Origin: Octopus sinensis
Taxonomy: Eukaryota
Assembly (NCBI RefSeq): GCF_006345805.1
Contig: NC_043002.1
Location: forward strand, 76,756,001-76,820,000
Reading direction: 5' to 3'
Length of the DNA: 64,000 nucleotides
In this document: positions 1 to 15,033 of the stretch, in pieces
Layout: each line of letters begins with the position of its first letter
Numbering within the stretch: position 1 is the first letter of the stretch
Notes under the pieces: generated by a model
Database searches by the model: none
The model's input: only the letters and a program-made list of their open reading frames with translations
Told to the model about the DNA's origin: nothing
Translations under genes and position numbers: made by a program

Positions 1-224
1 TATTATGCACTCCATATCATCAAAAACAGATATAAAAATGATACAGAATTGCATTTTTATGTTTGCTTTTCCTTGATGGTATGGGTTGGCCAGGATTTTT
101 TGAGGCAGTGTTTTGTAGCCAGGTGCCCTTTCTAATGCCGTAATTCATGAAATAAAATATGCTAGTCAAAATGATAAACCCTCTCGTGTGTCCAAACCAT
201 TTTTAAAAAAATAGCTTTTATTAA

Positions 225-533
225 CCCCTTACCCGACAGAAACGAATATATTCGTTTTGACCGAAATCGTTTTTTTCTATCTCTGGCGAGTTAACTCGTC
301 AAAAGATAGACTCGCCAAAATCGACAGCAAACGATTTCCTTCGTCTAAAAACGAGTTAACTCGTTTCTGCCCAAAGCGGTAATTTAAAATCAATATTATT
401 GAATTAAAATTCATAATAAATAAGGTTTGAAATATACCTCGAAATCACCATTCAAAACATAGTAAAATAAAACAATCAAAAAAATATGTCTGAAAAAATA
501 CATTTATTTTCAAAATAATTGTTGGGTAAGGGG
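225..533. mobile_element. piggyBac-like MITE in a groucho intron
   Basis: TTAA at 221-224 and 534-537; 14-bp TIRs CCCCTTACCCGACA (225-238) and TGTTGGGTAAGGGG (520-533) with one mismatch; no ORF. Confidence 0.8.
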
Positions 534-604
534 TTAAACGTTGGTGTGAATAGAGTGAGCTGAATTATTTATAGAATTTTTTCTGTTGGGAATTTACAAA
601 ATAA

Positions 605-1189
<585 letters not shown>

Positions 1190-1192
<3 letters not shown>

Positions 1193-1436
1193 CAAAATGG
1201 GACAAGAACACAAAACCAGATAGACGATACAAAGAAAACAAGGATGGATCATTCGAAGTTTTCTTTCCTGAGTCAAGCACCAGATTATCGTCGCAATTTC
1301 GACTGATTATACTGAGATTGCTCCAATCTGGCCAGCCTCAAGGAAAAACTAAGCCAAGAGCATTAGATTCCTTGGAAGAAAGCAGCAAATGTATGCAAAA
1401 ACAAGGACGGAAAAAATGGACATTACACAAATAGAA
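1190..1436. mobile_element. (TA)n-anchored short repeat, related to 20200-20322
   Basis: Begins after (TA)n with acaaaatgggacaagaacacaaaac; homologous to acaaactgggacaagaacgcaaaac at ~20207. Confidence 0.5.
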
Positions 1437-2730
1437 TAAAAATAACAGCATACACACAATACACACACACATACATTGGCTGAAAGTTTTTTTTTTATGG
1501 ATTGAACACTTTTTTTGAATTGTTAGCTCTAGTATTTTACATCTACTTCTCCAAACAGGTATTGGTTGGACAGGTTTTATGCCAATTATAAGATAACCTC
1601 ATGAGTGCTAGTACTATAAAATGAACATCCAGTATATTCTTTAAAGTGGTAGATGTTAGGAAAGCTATCCAGTGCCAAAACTGAAAGATTAGAGCATGAT
1701 ACAGTCATCTAACACATCAGATTTTATCAAACTGTCTAAGCCATGCCAGCATGAAAGGTGGGCATGGAATGATAATGACAATTCCAACTGTTAAATTAAG
1801 TTGGATTCAACTGACACAGTTTTCTGATGTTTTATTGAAATTATTGGTCATTCAAAAATGGATTTAGTTTTGTTAATTCGATCTTTGAGGTGGGCTTTGT
1901 TAACTGAGGCACTTTATATTTAGAGCAGCTGTGAATTTTGTTTAAAATGTAGGTTTTACTTGCTAACCCTTCAACTGTGGACAGAACTGCATCTGTTGCT
2001 ATATAACCTAAGGAAAATCCATAACCTTCTGCAAAGATATGTTTGTATTCATGCCCCAACCTGGCAACCACTCCTTATTTATAAAATATCTAAATCAATC
2101 ATAAGCAAACTGCAGATCACCTGATGATGAGTTATTTCTTATGCTGTCTGTTTCTTAAACAGGCCCATCGCTGGGCTTTGGTGTCTGGGTGTTTCAGAAT
2201 ATTCTGGGTGGGTAGTAATTTTTGTAAACTGTATTTTCTAAATCTGAGGGTGCACCATTGAATAGTGAGAGAGCAGAGCCGTCCAATGCACCCCCTTAGC
2301 GACAGGCATGCCTTCGAAAAGGCTTGCCCATATCTGATCAAAAAATCAATTATAAGCTAGAGAAGAAATAAATAGAAAAATGAAAACAATTATGTATCGA
2401 TTATTTAATTTCTGTGCATCTTTGTTTATATTCTAATGTACATTATTCTGGAAAAGAAAAGTTCACATGTCGCAAGGAGATAAGTTTTAACGTTTCGAGA
2501 AAGCGCCTTTCTTTGGCGATTAAAAAAAAAATGTAATAATTAGCAAAAATTCGAGGTGTGTACGATGTGGCACGGAAACTTAACTGATTTTTGGTGGGAC
2601 AGACTTCCTACCGCATGATTCCTGTATAATAAATAATATTTACATTGAAAATATGAAATTATACTTAATCAAACCTATCCTAATAGATTAATTTCATATT
2701 TAATTCAATTTCGTACGGTAATGTGTATAA

Positions 2731-2898
<168 letters not shown>

Positions 2899-3625
2899 TG
2901 ACCTGTTCGGTTTCTTAAAAGAATGGTTTACTTTACAGCTCTGTTGTTCTACAATAATTCCTTTTTATTTTATAGACAAAATTTTGTACATCATCAAGAA
3001 GTATCTTTTAAAATTCAAATCATTGTTTTACAATTTATTGATAGGAGTATTGCTTTAAACATTTATTTTTTTCTTTACATTATATTGGTTTTTGATTCCC
3101 CCCACCCTCACATTTGAATCTTTGAAGTATGGATTTGTAACAGGGTAGTTGATAGCAGAACAGCCAATGTCAAATAAATCCTTTCTATTTCAAATATCAG
3201 TAAAGTACCAGTCAAGTACTGAGTCAACATAATTGACCATTCTTATGAATGTTGTGCCACAGTTTGGCTTCAGTGTGACTGAGACTAATAAAAGAATAGA
3301 ACGGAGGCATCTGTCTTAGTTTTTTAAGACAAACAGAATAATATGTTTTATAGAATGTAATTTTACATAATTGAGCATTGCTATGTATAATGCAATATTA
3401 AAGGAGGATGAGAAAAGGTAGTATTCTAGCCTCTTATTCAACTTATTCAATTATCACACCTGTCAGTTTATTCTGCAACAGTTTATTTTATATCTTTCAT
3501 TTACAATTGAGTAGATAATAGGCACTAAAATGATTAAGATAACCTATTTTATGTGTGTGTATATATATTTATATATATGTATGTATGTATGTGTGTGTAT
3601 ATATATTTATATATATGTATGTATG

Positions 3626-3656
<31 letters not shown>

Positions 3657-5243
3657 TATATATATATACTCATACATACACACACAGTCAAATTAGTCTT
3701 AATAACTATCATTTAGTGATATATATCTGACTAATGAAAACATGCAGTGGTGTTTCTGCTTCAAATCCTGCTGTTTTGATGGATGGAAATAGATTTGAAA
3801 GCCTGCTGAGTGATAGGTGGCTGTGAGTTTAAATGAGAAAAGAACTTCCTAAGCTAGTGTTGAACATATTTAGCTTGTTGTCTTACAGTCAATGAACTGT
3901 GACTTTACACAGAAAGGATGTTGGCAAACATGATCAGTGAATGGAATCTAATTTCAGAATCAATTTAGATACTGCCAAAATTTTAAAACTTAGCTCCCTT
4001 ATTATTATTATTATCATCATTATTATTATCACTGTCGTCATCGTTGTTGTTATGGAAGGTGGTGGATGCACAGAATCGTTAGTGTGCTGGACAAAAAGTC
4101 TTGTGGTATTTGTTTTGGCTCTTTACACTTCAAATGATTCTGATATCAGCTTTGCCTTTCATCCTTTGAGAATCAATAAAATAAAGTACTTGTCTATGAT
4201 TGGAGTTGTAATTGTCTAAACTCCACTAAAAAAAAATGACTAACCATGCACCTAAATCAGAATCCAAATTGGCAATTGTTAGAACATCAGATAGAATGCA
4301 TGTAGTATTTGTTTTGATATTCACACCCTAAGTTAAAATCCTATGGAGGTTACCTTTGCCATTAATTCATTTAGGATCAGTAAAGTACAAATCTAAGACA
4401 ATGGATTTGTACAATTGTTAGCACATCGAACAAGACACTTTGAACTCAGAATGCAAAGAACTAGAACAACTACTTCAGTTTCTTCACTTTATTAGAGTCC
4501 CATCAAGAGTTGGCATTGAGTTCAGTAAAAAGTTTGATAATCTCACTGAAACAAAACAATCTGTGGTATGAGTTAACAAGAGCTTCTAATGCATCTGGAG
4601 CACGTCAGGTTTATGTTATAATTAATTATCAAATGTAATGTAAAATTAAATTTGTAATTACAAACTTACATTGTAGATGTAAAATTGTTGTTTTTACTGT
4701 TGTTGGTAAAAACAGTGAACTGGTAGAAACAGTTGTGCACCGGAATATATGCCAGCTACTATTTGATTACATTTGTCTGCATTCTGAGTCATTGTCCTGC
4801 CTTTCATTGTTCTGGGGTTGATAAAGTATCAGTCAAATACATGGGTAGATTAAATCAACTGATACTGGTGTCTCCCAAACTACTCCAACAAAGATGTTAT
4901 GGCTGATTATCCCAAACAAATCTTGATGCTGTAAGTAAATGGGAAGATGTAAGTCCCCAGGGCTACTGCATCCTAGTTAAGAGCAACAATACCAGGTGTT
5001 ATTCTTATCATCTTTGAACGGTATAATGATGAAACAATGCCACTCAAATCTTATAAATAACATGATATGTGAATTGTTTATCATCCTTGATTTGAACCAC
5101 AGGATATTGGTAGATTCTGATGCTGACCCTTCCAACTTAAATAAAATAAGAATTAATCTATGGCCTTGTGCCTATGTAAGAAACCATTATAATTGCTATC
5201 AATGTTATTATTATGTAAGAAATCATAATTGTTGCAAGTATAA

Positions 5244-5717
<474 letters not shown>

Positions 5718-6531
5718 TAACCATGTTTCTCCTTTACTGCAAGACACCTGTTTCCATCCCTTGATACTACTCTCTATTTATTTGAGGGATCTTGTCTTGA
5801 GTTACTTAGTTACCTCACTACTGCAGGTGTTGTGTAAAAAAAACACCCAGTACATTCTGTAAAGTATTTGACATTAAGAAGGGTATCCAGCAGTAGAAAC
5901 CATTCCAAAGTAGACAGCAGAACTTGGTGCAGTCTTTTGACTTTCCAGTTCCTGTTGAACCATACAATCCATGCCAACAGGAAAAACTGACCTTAAATGA
6001 TGACAATGATCCTTTCATATAAATATTGGTACATTGTTTTGTACTTTCTTCTTCAAGCCTGCCAATTAGATGTGTCTCTGTTGTTCCTAGAATCTCTGCC
6101 CTCCATTATCTTTGGTAGATCCTCAATATCATGATTTGTTAATGTTATCTCTCACTAACATTAATGTTGCTGAGTGATCTTTTTCCTCTATTAGCTTGCT
6201 GGAAGTCTCCAAGATATAACATGTATAATGGCAAGCAAAGTCTGTCCCATGTTGAGCAATAATAGTAGAGATTGGTAGACTGTGTCTATAAATCTCCTTT
6301 TTGATTTTGTGCTCATGCCTTAAAATGTTTTGAGCTCTCACAAGCTTGTGTATGTACTATCTAGTCCAGGGGTTGGCAAACCAGGATAAATTACCCCAAG
6401 TGGGATAAAAATGAAATTCTTGTGAGTAACGAGGATTCATTAAACATAAGTAAAGTTACATTAAAATAAATGTGTTCCTTGTTACAGATGAAATTTTTCT
6501 TCTGGCAATACTGCATCTATCCAATGTAATC

Positions 6532-6744
6532 TTTTCTACTCTAGACACAAGGCCTGAAATTTTTAGTGAGGGGTTCACTTAATTAGATCGTCCCCAATAC
6601 ACAAGTGGTACTTAATTTATCAACCCCGAAAGGATGAAAGGCAAAGTCGACCTCAGTGGCATTTGAACTGAGAACGTAAAGACGGACGAAATACTGCTAA
6701 GCATTTTGCCTGGCATGTTAACGTTTCTATGAGCTCGCTGCCTT
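6532..6744 (-). mobile_element. SINE family B (tRNA-like head)
   Basis: Reverse complement shows A-box/B-box-like head and the gtcgactttgcctttcatcctttcgggg body shared by at least 9 copies in the window. Confidence 0.8.
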
Positions 6745-6759
6745 AGCTATCCAATATAA

Positions 6760-7102
6760 TGGGCGTGGCAAGTAAAAAGCACCATTCGAGCGTGATCGTT
6801 ACCTGTGTTGCTTTACTGGCACATGAAAAACATTCAAGTGTGGTCGTTGCCAGTGCTGCTGGACTGGCTCCTGTGCAGGTGGCACATAAAAAGCACCACT
6901 TGAGCGTGGCCATTACCAGCACCGCTTGACTGGCACCTCTTTCTGGTGGCACATTGGTTGGCGTTAGGAAGGGCATCCAGCTGTAGAAACTCTGCCAGAT
7001 CAGATTAGAGTCTGATGCAGCCATCTGGTCCGCCAGACCTCAGTCAAATCGTCCAACCCATGCTAGCATGGAAAGCAGACATTAAACGATGATGATGATA
7101 AT
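6760..7102 (+). mobile_element. repeat family C (RTE-type 3' tail, SINE or truncated LINE end)
   Basis: Internal gtggcac.taaaaagcacc repeats, then gttggcgttaggaagggcatccagctgtagaaac and the catgctagcatggaaag...(GAT)n tail. Confidence 0.75.
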
Positions 7103-7322
7103 GTGTAAATAGATTCAGTAATCCTTTTGAAATAAATGAATCTATGATTTTCTTCCTTTCAAATTTTGAAGTAATTGGTTAAAAAAAGTTCCCCAGCACC
7201 ATACTCTAACATTTTGTGAAAAAGAAAAGAAATTGTAGGAATGAAATAACTATGAGTAATAGTCTCGTTACTATAGCCATTCAGCAATATTTTTGTTTCA
7301 TCAAATACGTCTCATTTTATAG

Positions 7323-7514
<192 letters not shown>

Positions 7515-9030
7515 AAAAATAAAAATTATCATAAACCACACATTTTTTTAAAGAATGAAAGAAAAAATTAACAAAACAAAAAAAACGTTTTTGTCTCTAT
7601 TGACTTTTAAAAAGAAAAGGCAAAGAAAAAGAAATCTTTATAGTTGTCAAACTTTTTTTTTTTTTTTAAACTCGCAGTTGTTTTAAATAAACATTAGTTT
7701 GACATGGACAAGTTTACACATCAACACAACTATAAAAATAATCAGAGGAGCCGAAACAAGCAGACCAATTCTTCAATAGTTTAAGAGCCTTTGAGTCTCT
7801 GCTATTTCAGGCAATGTAAATGACTGAACTGTTGATGATATTGTTGTTGTGGTTTAATTGTTCACAATGATATGTGTATCATAACAGCTAAGAAACTGGT
7901 TTGGAGAAGGAACATTTAGGTTTGTTTCTGTTAGTTCCTCCTTGCCTCTCACTTCATTCCCCATTCTGTATGTAAAAAAGAAACTGTTTAATATATTAGT
8001 TATGTTTGTAAAAAAAATAAACAAACAAAAAAGAATTTATCAACCAAATTAAAATTAAAAAAAAAAATTGAAGAAACAAAAACTGTTTTTCAAAGGAAAT
8101 GAGCAATTTTGCATATGGGTTCTTCAAGCCAATTTTAACAAAAAACAAACAAAAAAAAAACTCCAGAAGATCTCTAACATTCAAATATGTACCATTTGTT
8201 TGGTGAGATCCCTAAAGAAAATTTTTTTTTTTTTTAAAAGTAAAGAAAGAAATAAGAACAATTAAATCAAGTTATATTTAAAATAAAGTAAAAAAAAACT
8301 TGTTCATTTAAATATTTGCCTGCTCAGCAGTAATCTGTAGCTGGGTTCTACCAACACACCTACATCTACACCTACAATTTCAACATTACAAACATGTTTA
8401 TTATTATTTTTTTTAATCAATGAAAGAAAAAAAGAAAAAAAAAACTGAAATAATTCAAAAATGAACATTTGAGAATTTTACAAAGTGAAAAGAGAAACTA
8501 CCTCTGCATGTGAGGTTGGCGACTGCTTGGACTGGGAAAATTATTACACCTTTTTTCATCTGTATATGCTCACTAATATAAATTCACTCACACATATACA
8601 TTTTGATTGGAGCTGCTTCGTTTTGAAAGAGGTCTTTTGAAAGTTGTGGTTTATAAAGAAATTTTATTTTGTTTGGTATAAAAAAAAATGCGCATGTTAA
8701 CTTTTACATAATTAACTTCATGCTCAGACTTTCTTTCTCTCTCTTTCTCATATACACATTTTCTTCATCTACGCCACTCTCTTTCTTAAACCCACCATTT
8801 ACTTTCTTTTTGTTATTTTTTTTTTATTTTGTAATTTATTAACCACACACACACATATGCATACCACACAAAAATTCTGACTCCATATGTCACAATGTTT
8901 TCTTCGCTCCTCGGGGATTACCAGGCAGCATAATACTTTATGGAAGTTGTAGAGAAAAAAACAAATATCTGCACTTCCCCATCTAAACCTCACCTGGGAC
9001 ATAGTCATTTCATGCTACTGTACTGTGTAC

Positions 9031-9065
<35 letters not shown>

Positions 9066-12000
9066 GTATGTATATATATATATATATATGTATGTATGCA
9101 CATGTACAGACATACATACTTATTTCTCTTCAAGCCAGCTGCTGCAAGACAACTGGTCTTGCAGTGTTAATATAGTGAATAATTTCAGTATTTTCATAAA
9201 CATTTTCGACATTCTCTGAATGCACAGCAGTGAGTTTTAACCTTTCTTTTTTTTTTAAAAAAAACTCATATCACCATTTTTTTTTTCTCCCCACATTTTT
9301 CTTCTCCTTAATTCATTTTCTGAATTGTAAAGAAATGTGATATATTCCCCATACCTCTACCACATCTCCCCCCCTTTTTTTTTTCATTCTCTCTCTCACT
9401 TATGTTTAATTATTAAGGATTACTTTGTGCTTCTTAATCCTGTTATGAGTTTATCAAATATTTTACTGATTTATTTAAAAACAAAAATTTAATCCACTAG
9501 AATCATTGAAATCAAAGTAAGTTTAATTTTATTTATGCTATTCCTATGCTAATTTTATCATAGCTGTTGTTATGTTACAACTTCAAAGCAATGGGTGTTT
9601 TTTTTTTTTTAAACATTTTTGTTTTTTAAACACGTACACATGCATGCTGTCCTAAATGTATTTGCTGAGATTTTGCAAGTAAGCTTTTTTGTCCACATAA
9701 AAAGTTAGTTAACTATCTCAGTATAAGAAAATGAAGAGCAGGTTGTAAGAATGCAAGCGCAACAAGAGATAGAATTAATCAATTCTCAAATTTGGGCTTA
9801 ATTATTTAGTTCAATGAAGTGGAAGCTTCAATTTAGAACTTTTCACTTTTTACTGTTCATATGACTAATGCATGGCATGAGGATTATCTGTGATTTTTGG
9901 TCATCCATTTAATGTACCTCACGTGTAAATGTTTAGAATCTTTTGGTTATTTTGGTAAGATTAAACCATTTGTATTAATCTACATAGATCCCTGCACATC
10001 TGTTGACAGTTAGCTGACTAATTACTTGAAATTAATGAACTCTAAGTGATACTACTACTACTGCTAATAGTAATAATGGATCTCTGTAACACAACAAAAT
10101 TACTCTATCTTGAGAGTTTATTAATAGAAACAAATCCTTTCATTTCATCTGTCACTAATAACCCCCCCGAGAAAGATATAAATGCTATTCAATTTCAATT
10201 TGTCTTATTTACAGAAAGAACTTAGTTATATAATACACTGCTCTTCACAAACATTTATAGCTGGAAATATTCCTGTAAGGCAATGTCATTGATTTCATCG
10301 TTCATAAAGGTTTTGTGGTAATTTCATTGTAATTAATTTGTGCCCTCTCTTAGCAATACTGAACTCTGACCATTCGTTTAAGCCAATCCTCAACTTTGAT
10401 ATCTTGCTTTGTGGTACTAAAGCTATCTGAATGAGTTACTTCTTACTTTTTAGTTTCTTTCCAGCTTGAAAATTTAAGGGCAGACATCTCAATTTGTATG
10501 GTCAATTAGTGAATCAGTGATCAACTAATGAGTGAAAAAAAAAATGTTTAAACTAAACAAGCTTAGTGACATCATAAGAACAGTTTCAAATTACCACTTA
10601 ATATGCCCACCACCAGACGAAAACACACCCATGCACGCACACACACACTGAAAACTGTTCTTATCTACCTCTGCCAAATGTTGAATAAACATAAAAAGAT
10701 GCTTTTTTTTTTATGGACCAATAAAATTCCAACCATTTCGTTTTGGAATGTCCCTGCAGCCATTTCAGTGTGGTGTGTATGTCTCACACACAAAGATATC
10801 TATATTTTATAGGTGCTTAGAATTATTCTAGTGTTTATGTTCATTTTTTTTTTTCCTCTCAAATCTGTGTGAAGAGTGTGTGTGTGTGTATGTATAGCTG
10901 TCCTGTCTATTATGTAAGATATCTCTCTTCAGCTGTCTTTTCATAAACTCCAAGGAAATGTGTGTTTGTATGTATGTACACTTAAATTCATAACGCTGAA
11001 TTTGTGCATGCATATCAATTTTGTCCGAGTAAATTATTCCAATATCTATTCTCTTTCTTTCTTTTCTCTCCACAACTTAAATGTTTTCATCTGACATTTC
11101 CAGTTATCCTTTGATTCCTATCTTCACATTACACATCTCTTATTTCATTGTTCTCAAGGGTAGTGACATATAATCAATGTGGTGCATGTATGTTTGTGTA
11201 TGCCTCCTCGTACATACAGCAGGATTATCTCTTAGCCTGCATTTTTTTATTTTATTTTTCTAAACCTGTGTGAATATGTCTGTCTGAGTGTGTCTGCTTG
11301 CTAGCATTTCTGAGTGTGTGTGTGTGTATGTTATGTATGTATGTGCGTGTATTAGTATGAATCGGTGTAGCTGCTCGTTTATGAAAAGCCAAGCTTTCTG
11401 CCAAACTTCCAACTCTTCAGCCTTCTATTGTAAGGTAAGGCTTTGTTATGAGGGTGTTTTGATGTTAATTGCTTTATGGATTAAGTCAATAAAAGGATGG
11501 TGAATAGTCACAACTATTGATATTTCATAGCACATCATTTCAACTGACCACTTTCAGTTCTGCTGTCATCATCACATGCACTCTACATTCTCCTTCAGAA
11601 TTTGTACATCTCATTAACCCTCTTCCTTCATCATTATCATCCATTTTCTTCCGACAAGAAGCAGGGTGGGTGGGGGTTTGGAGTCATTGAAATTTTTATT
11701 TTTTATTTTTAAATGGCCCACTTAACTCATACAGTGCACCAGTCATGTCAGCCAACCAAAAGACAGTAAATTATATGCAGCAGCCATGCTCTGCTCCTAG
11801 CCGTCCTCCACCTCATTCCCAGGGTATCTCTGCGGAAAGGACAGGACCACTGATATGCAGGCTAGTAGCAGCAGTAGAAGCAGTTGCTATGTGTAAATCA
11901 ATTGTATTAAAACTTTTAAAAAAATAAAAAAAAAAAAAAGACAGGGAAAATATTTGGAAAAAAAAAAAATTCAAAGGAATATATATATAAAAAGTAAAAA

Positions 12001-12130
12001 TGAAAACAAAAATTATTCCAATTGTACAGACTGTCAGACTGTAATAAAGTTTCAGATCACTGAATTGTATTTCTGTTTTGTATTTTTATATTTAAAAAAA
12101 TGTTTTTCAAGTTTTTACATAAAAAAGGTA
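7515..12130 (+). other. probable long groucho 3' UTR (end not determined)
   Basis: About 4.6 kb after the stop with no SINE/LINE that I recognise, in a window otherwise dense with them; several AATAAA hexamers (e.g. near 7518, 7686, 8282, 10683, 11489, 11923). Confidence 0.45.
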
Positions 12131-12251
12131 AGTTGGTGATATAACACTCAAAGCACTAAACGCTGTTTTGGTCAGTTCAACATTCAGCTGGTTCCCAGTG
12201 TTTCATTGGGGAATTGCTTGAATTTCACAGATGTATTCCTAGAAGACTTGT

Positions 12252-12630
12252 AGGCGTAGGAATGGCTGTGTGGTAAGTAGCTTGCTTATGAACTACATGG
12301 TTCCGGGTTCAGTCCCATTGCATAGCACTTTGGGCAAGTGTCTTCCGCTATAGCCTCGGGCTGACCAAAGCCTTGTGAGTGGATTTGGTAGACGGAAACT
12401 GAAAGAAGCCCATCGTATATATGTATGTGTGTGTTTGTCCCCCCAACATTGCTTGACAACTGATGGTGGTGTGTTTACATCCCTGTAACATAGTGGTTCA
12501 GCAAAAGAGACCGATAGAATAAGTACTAGGCTTACAAAGAATAAGTCCTAGGATCGATTTGGTTGACTAAAGGCGGTGCTCTAGCATGGCCACAGTCAAA
12601 TGACTGAAACAAGTAAAAACGTAAAGAGTA
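12252..12630 (+). mobile_element. SINE family A, full length
   Basis: Head ggcgtaggaatggctgtgtggtaagtagc, B-box-like gggttcagtccc, ctttgggcaagtgtcttc core, internal (TA/TG)n, tail aacaagtaaaa...gag. Confidence 0.85.
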
Positions 12631-12704
12631 TGTAAGTGTTCTGCATGTTGGCCTGTTTATTAAATGCTTGTGAGCTGGAAGCTAAATGGCATAACTAACT
12701 TTAA

Positions 12705-12914
12705 CCCTTTAGCATTCAAACTGGCCGTGTCCAACCCAAACATCCTACTTGTTTTATGTTCAAATTGCTTACATCTGGCCTCTCACGCCAACCCTACAAA
12801 GTCATTCTAAAAATAAACAACCACATCATCAAAATCTATGACAACGTATGATTAATCCAAAATGGTGTGAATAAATAAGCATTACATTTGACAGAATAAT
12901 TTGAATGCTAATGG
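12705..12914. mobile_element. piggyBac-like MITE (second family)
   Basis: TTAA at 12701-12704 and 12915-12918; TIRs CCCTTTAGCATTCA and TGAATGCTAATGG; sister copy in opposite orientation at 25120-25340. Confidence 0.75.
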
Positions 12915-13639
12915 TTAAGCATTGTCAGATGGCAGGAATACTTTATTACTATACCTGTTTGTATCAAAGAAACAACCTTCTACTGCATCTGCTTGATTTG
13001 AACCACAATTAACCCTGTCAAGCCCTGTCCTATTATAGTAGGAATAACTTAAATACCATCTCTGCTGGATCCCTGCTTAAGTTGTAATGAACAATATGCG
13101 TAGAAAAAGCAGATAAAATACTAAAATTAGACAACTGATCATGTTGCAGCTTTGTAGTCAAGTATGTTTATGATTCATTGTTAATAGTGTCCTCCACAGT
13201 TGTTTACTTACATTTTTTGTTGAAAAAAAAAAAGGAAAAAAACGATGAACCCAAAACTTCATCTTGTAAACAAGCAAGACCTAGACTCTTCGCAGTTGAG
13301 GAAATTATTGATATATATTCTTCAGGTGAATAGTTTACACTTAATGCCTGAAATGAATAATTTGGACAATCAAACTGGTGAAAGTGATAAGGAAAGTAGT
13401 GATTCATGTGAATAAATACAATAGTTGAGAGATATTCTTATTGTTATTCTGAATATTTTGTGATTCTGCCATTGAGGGCAATATCAAGCATTAGTCTCCC
13501 GATGCAATTTTTAAAATTTAAATGTGTCTATTAGGTCGTTAAGTATGAAATTTGTAGAAAAGAAAAAAAGAAATTTGCTAATGTTTTATAAATACAAGGA
13601 ATAGTTTTATTTATCAAAGTTAGCATCCATATTGTCAAT

Positions 13640-14170
13640 ACACGTTTGCAACCAGCCCACTTATGTGTACCTTTCCTTCAGCGGACACTAAACTCTGCTT
13701 GCGAAGACCTGTTGAGGCAAGTGAAATGGAAATCAATTCAAATTCGCAAATTCGATGACTGGTACCCAAGCCAATGGAACACTAAGACAGCATCCAAGCA
13801 TGATTGCTGACTGGCTTCTGTGCTGGTGGCACTTAAAAAAGCACCATTCAAATGTGATTGTTACCAGTGTCGCCTTACTGGCACATGATAATCATTTGAG
13901 TGAGGTCATTGCCAGTGCCACTGGACTGGTTCTTGTGCAGGTGGCATGTAAAAAACACCACTTGAGTGTGGCCATTGCCAGTACTGCCTGACTGGTCCTC
14001 ATTCCGGTGGCACATAAAAGCACTTTCGGAGTGGTTGGCGTTAGGAAGGGCATCCAGCTGTGGAAACTGCCAGATCAGATTGGAGCCTGGTGCAGCCATC
14101 TGGTTTGCCAGTCCTCAGTCAAATCATCCAACCCATGCTAGCATGGAAAACGGGCGTTAAACAATGATAA
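13640..14170 (+). mobile_element. family C element with additional upstream body
   Basis: Same 3' tail as 6760 and as the RTE at 16319, but the upstream part (ggacactaaactctgcttgcgaagacc) is not RTE ORF sequence. Confidence 0.65.
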
Positions 14171-14843
14171 TATATATGTATCTATGTATATATTATATAT
14201 ATATATGTATCTATGTGTATATATATATATGTATCTATGTGTATATGTATTTATGTATGTATGTATATATATATGTATTTATGTATGTATGTATGTATGT
14301 ATACATGTGTATGTATGTATATATATATGTATTTATTTATTTATGTATGTATGTATGTATGTATACATGTGTATGTATGTATATATATATATGTATTTAT
14401 GTATGTATGTATATATATGTATTTATGTATGTATGTATGTATACATATGTATGTTTGTATATATATCTGTGTGTATATATGTATGTATCTATGTATGTAT
14501 ATATGTATGTATATATGAATGTATGTATCTATATATGTATCTATGTATGTATGTATATATATATGTATCTATGTATGTATATATATATATATGTGTGTAT
14601 GTATGTATATATATGTGTGTGTATCTATGTATGTATATATTTATATATGTGTGTATCTATGTATGTATATATATATATATGTATCTATGTATGTACATAT
14701 ATATATATGTGTATGGATATATATATATATATATATGTGTGTGGGTGTATGTAAATATATATATTATATATATATATATATATAACAACAGAATGTGATA
14801 AAAATCCAAGGCTGTGAAAGATTTCAGAACATTTAAAAAGAGG

Positions 14844-14889
14844 TCTTACAGCTGTTTCCAGGATATTTATTATATCCCTTCATCGGAGA
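14844..14889 (-). ncRNA. minimal type I hammerhead-like motif, degenerate (CCGAUGA core, GUA site)
   Basis: Minus strand reads TCT-CCGATGA-AG-GGATAT-aataa-ATATCC-TG-GAAAC-AGCT-GTA-AGA; stem I only 3 bp and the stem II base is imperfect. Confidence 0.5.
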
Positions 14890-14973
14890 TGGTGTGAGAA
14901 GATGGGTAAGCAATAGTTATTCTAGAGAATATATGAAATAGAGAGTGAAGTGAAGGAATGAAAACATTATATA

Positions 14974-15033
<60 letters not shown>

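Noticed and set aside
1240-1290. Hammerhead-like string on the minus strand (CTCAGGA...CTTCGAAT), and the related one at 20257-20290 (CTGAAGA...CTTCGAATGTC)
   Set aside because: GAAA is replaced by GAAT, there is no convincing stem I or III, and the first also lacks G5; at most a relic.
2484-2520. Minus-strand AGAAAG-gcg-CTTTCT-C-GAAAC-GTT
   Set aside because: Only the 3' half of a hammerhead; no CUGANGA core and no stem I.
6367-6530. hAT-like terminus CAGGGGTTGGCAAAC
   Set aside because: No matching right TIR or TSD found.
12252-12330. tRNA-like heads of SINE families A, B and D as tRNA genes
   Set aside because: A/B-box similarity only; no complete cloverleaf, and each continues into a SINE body.
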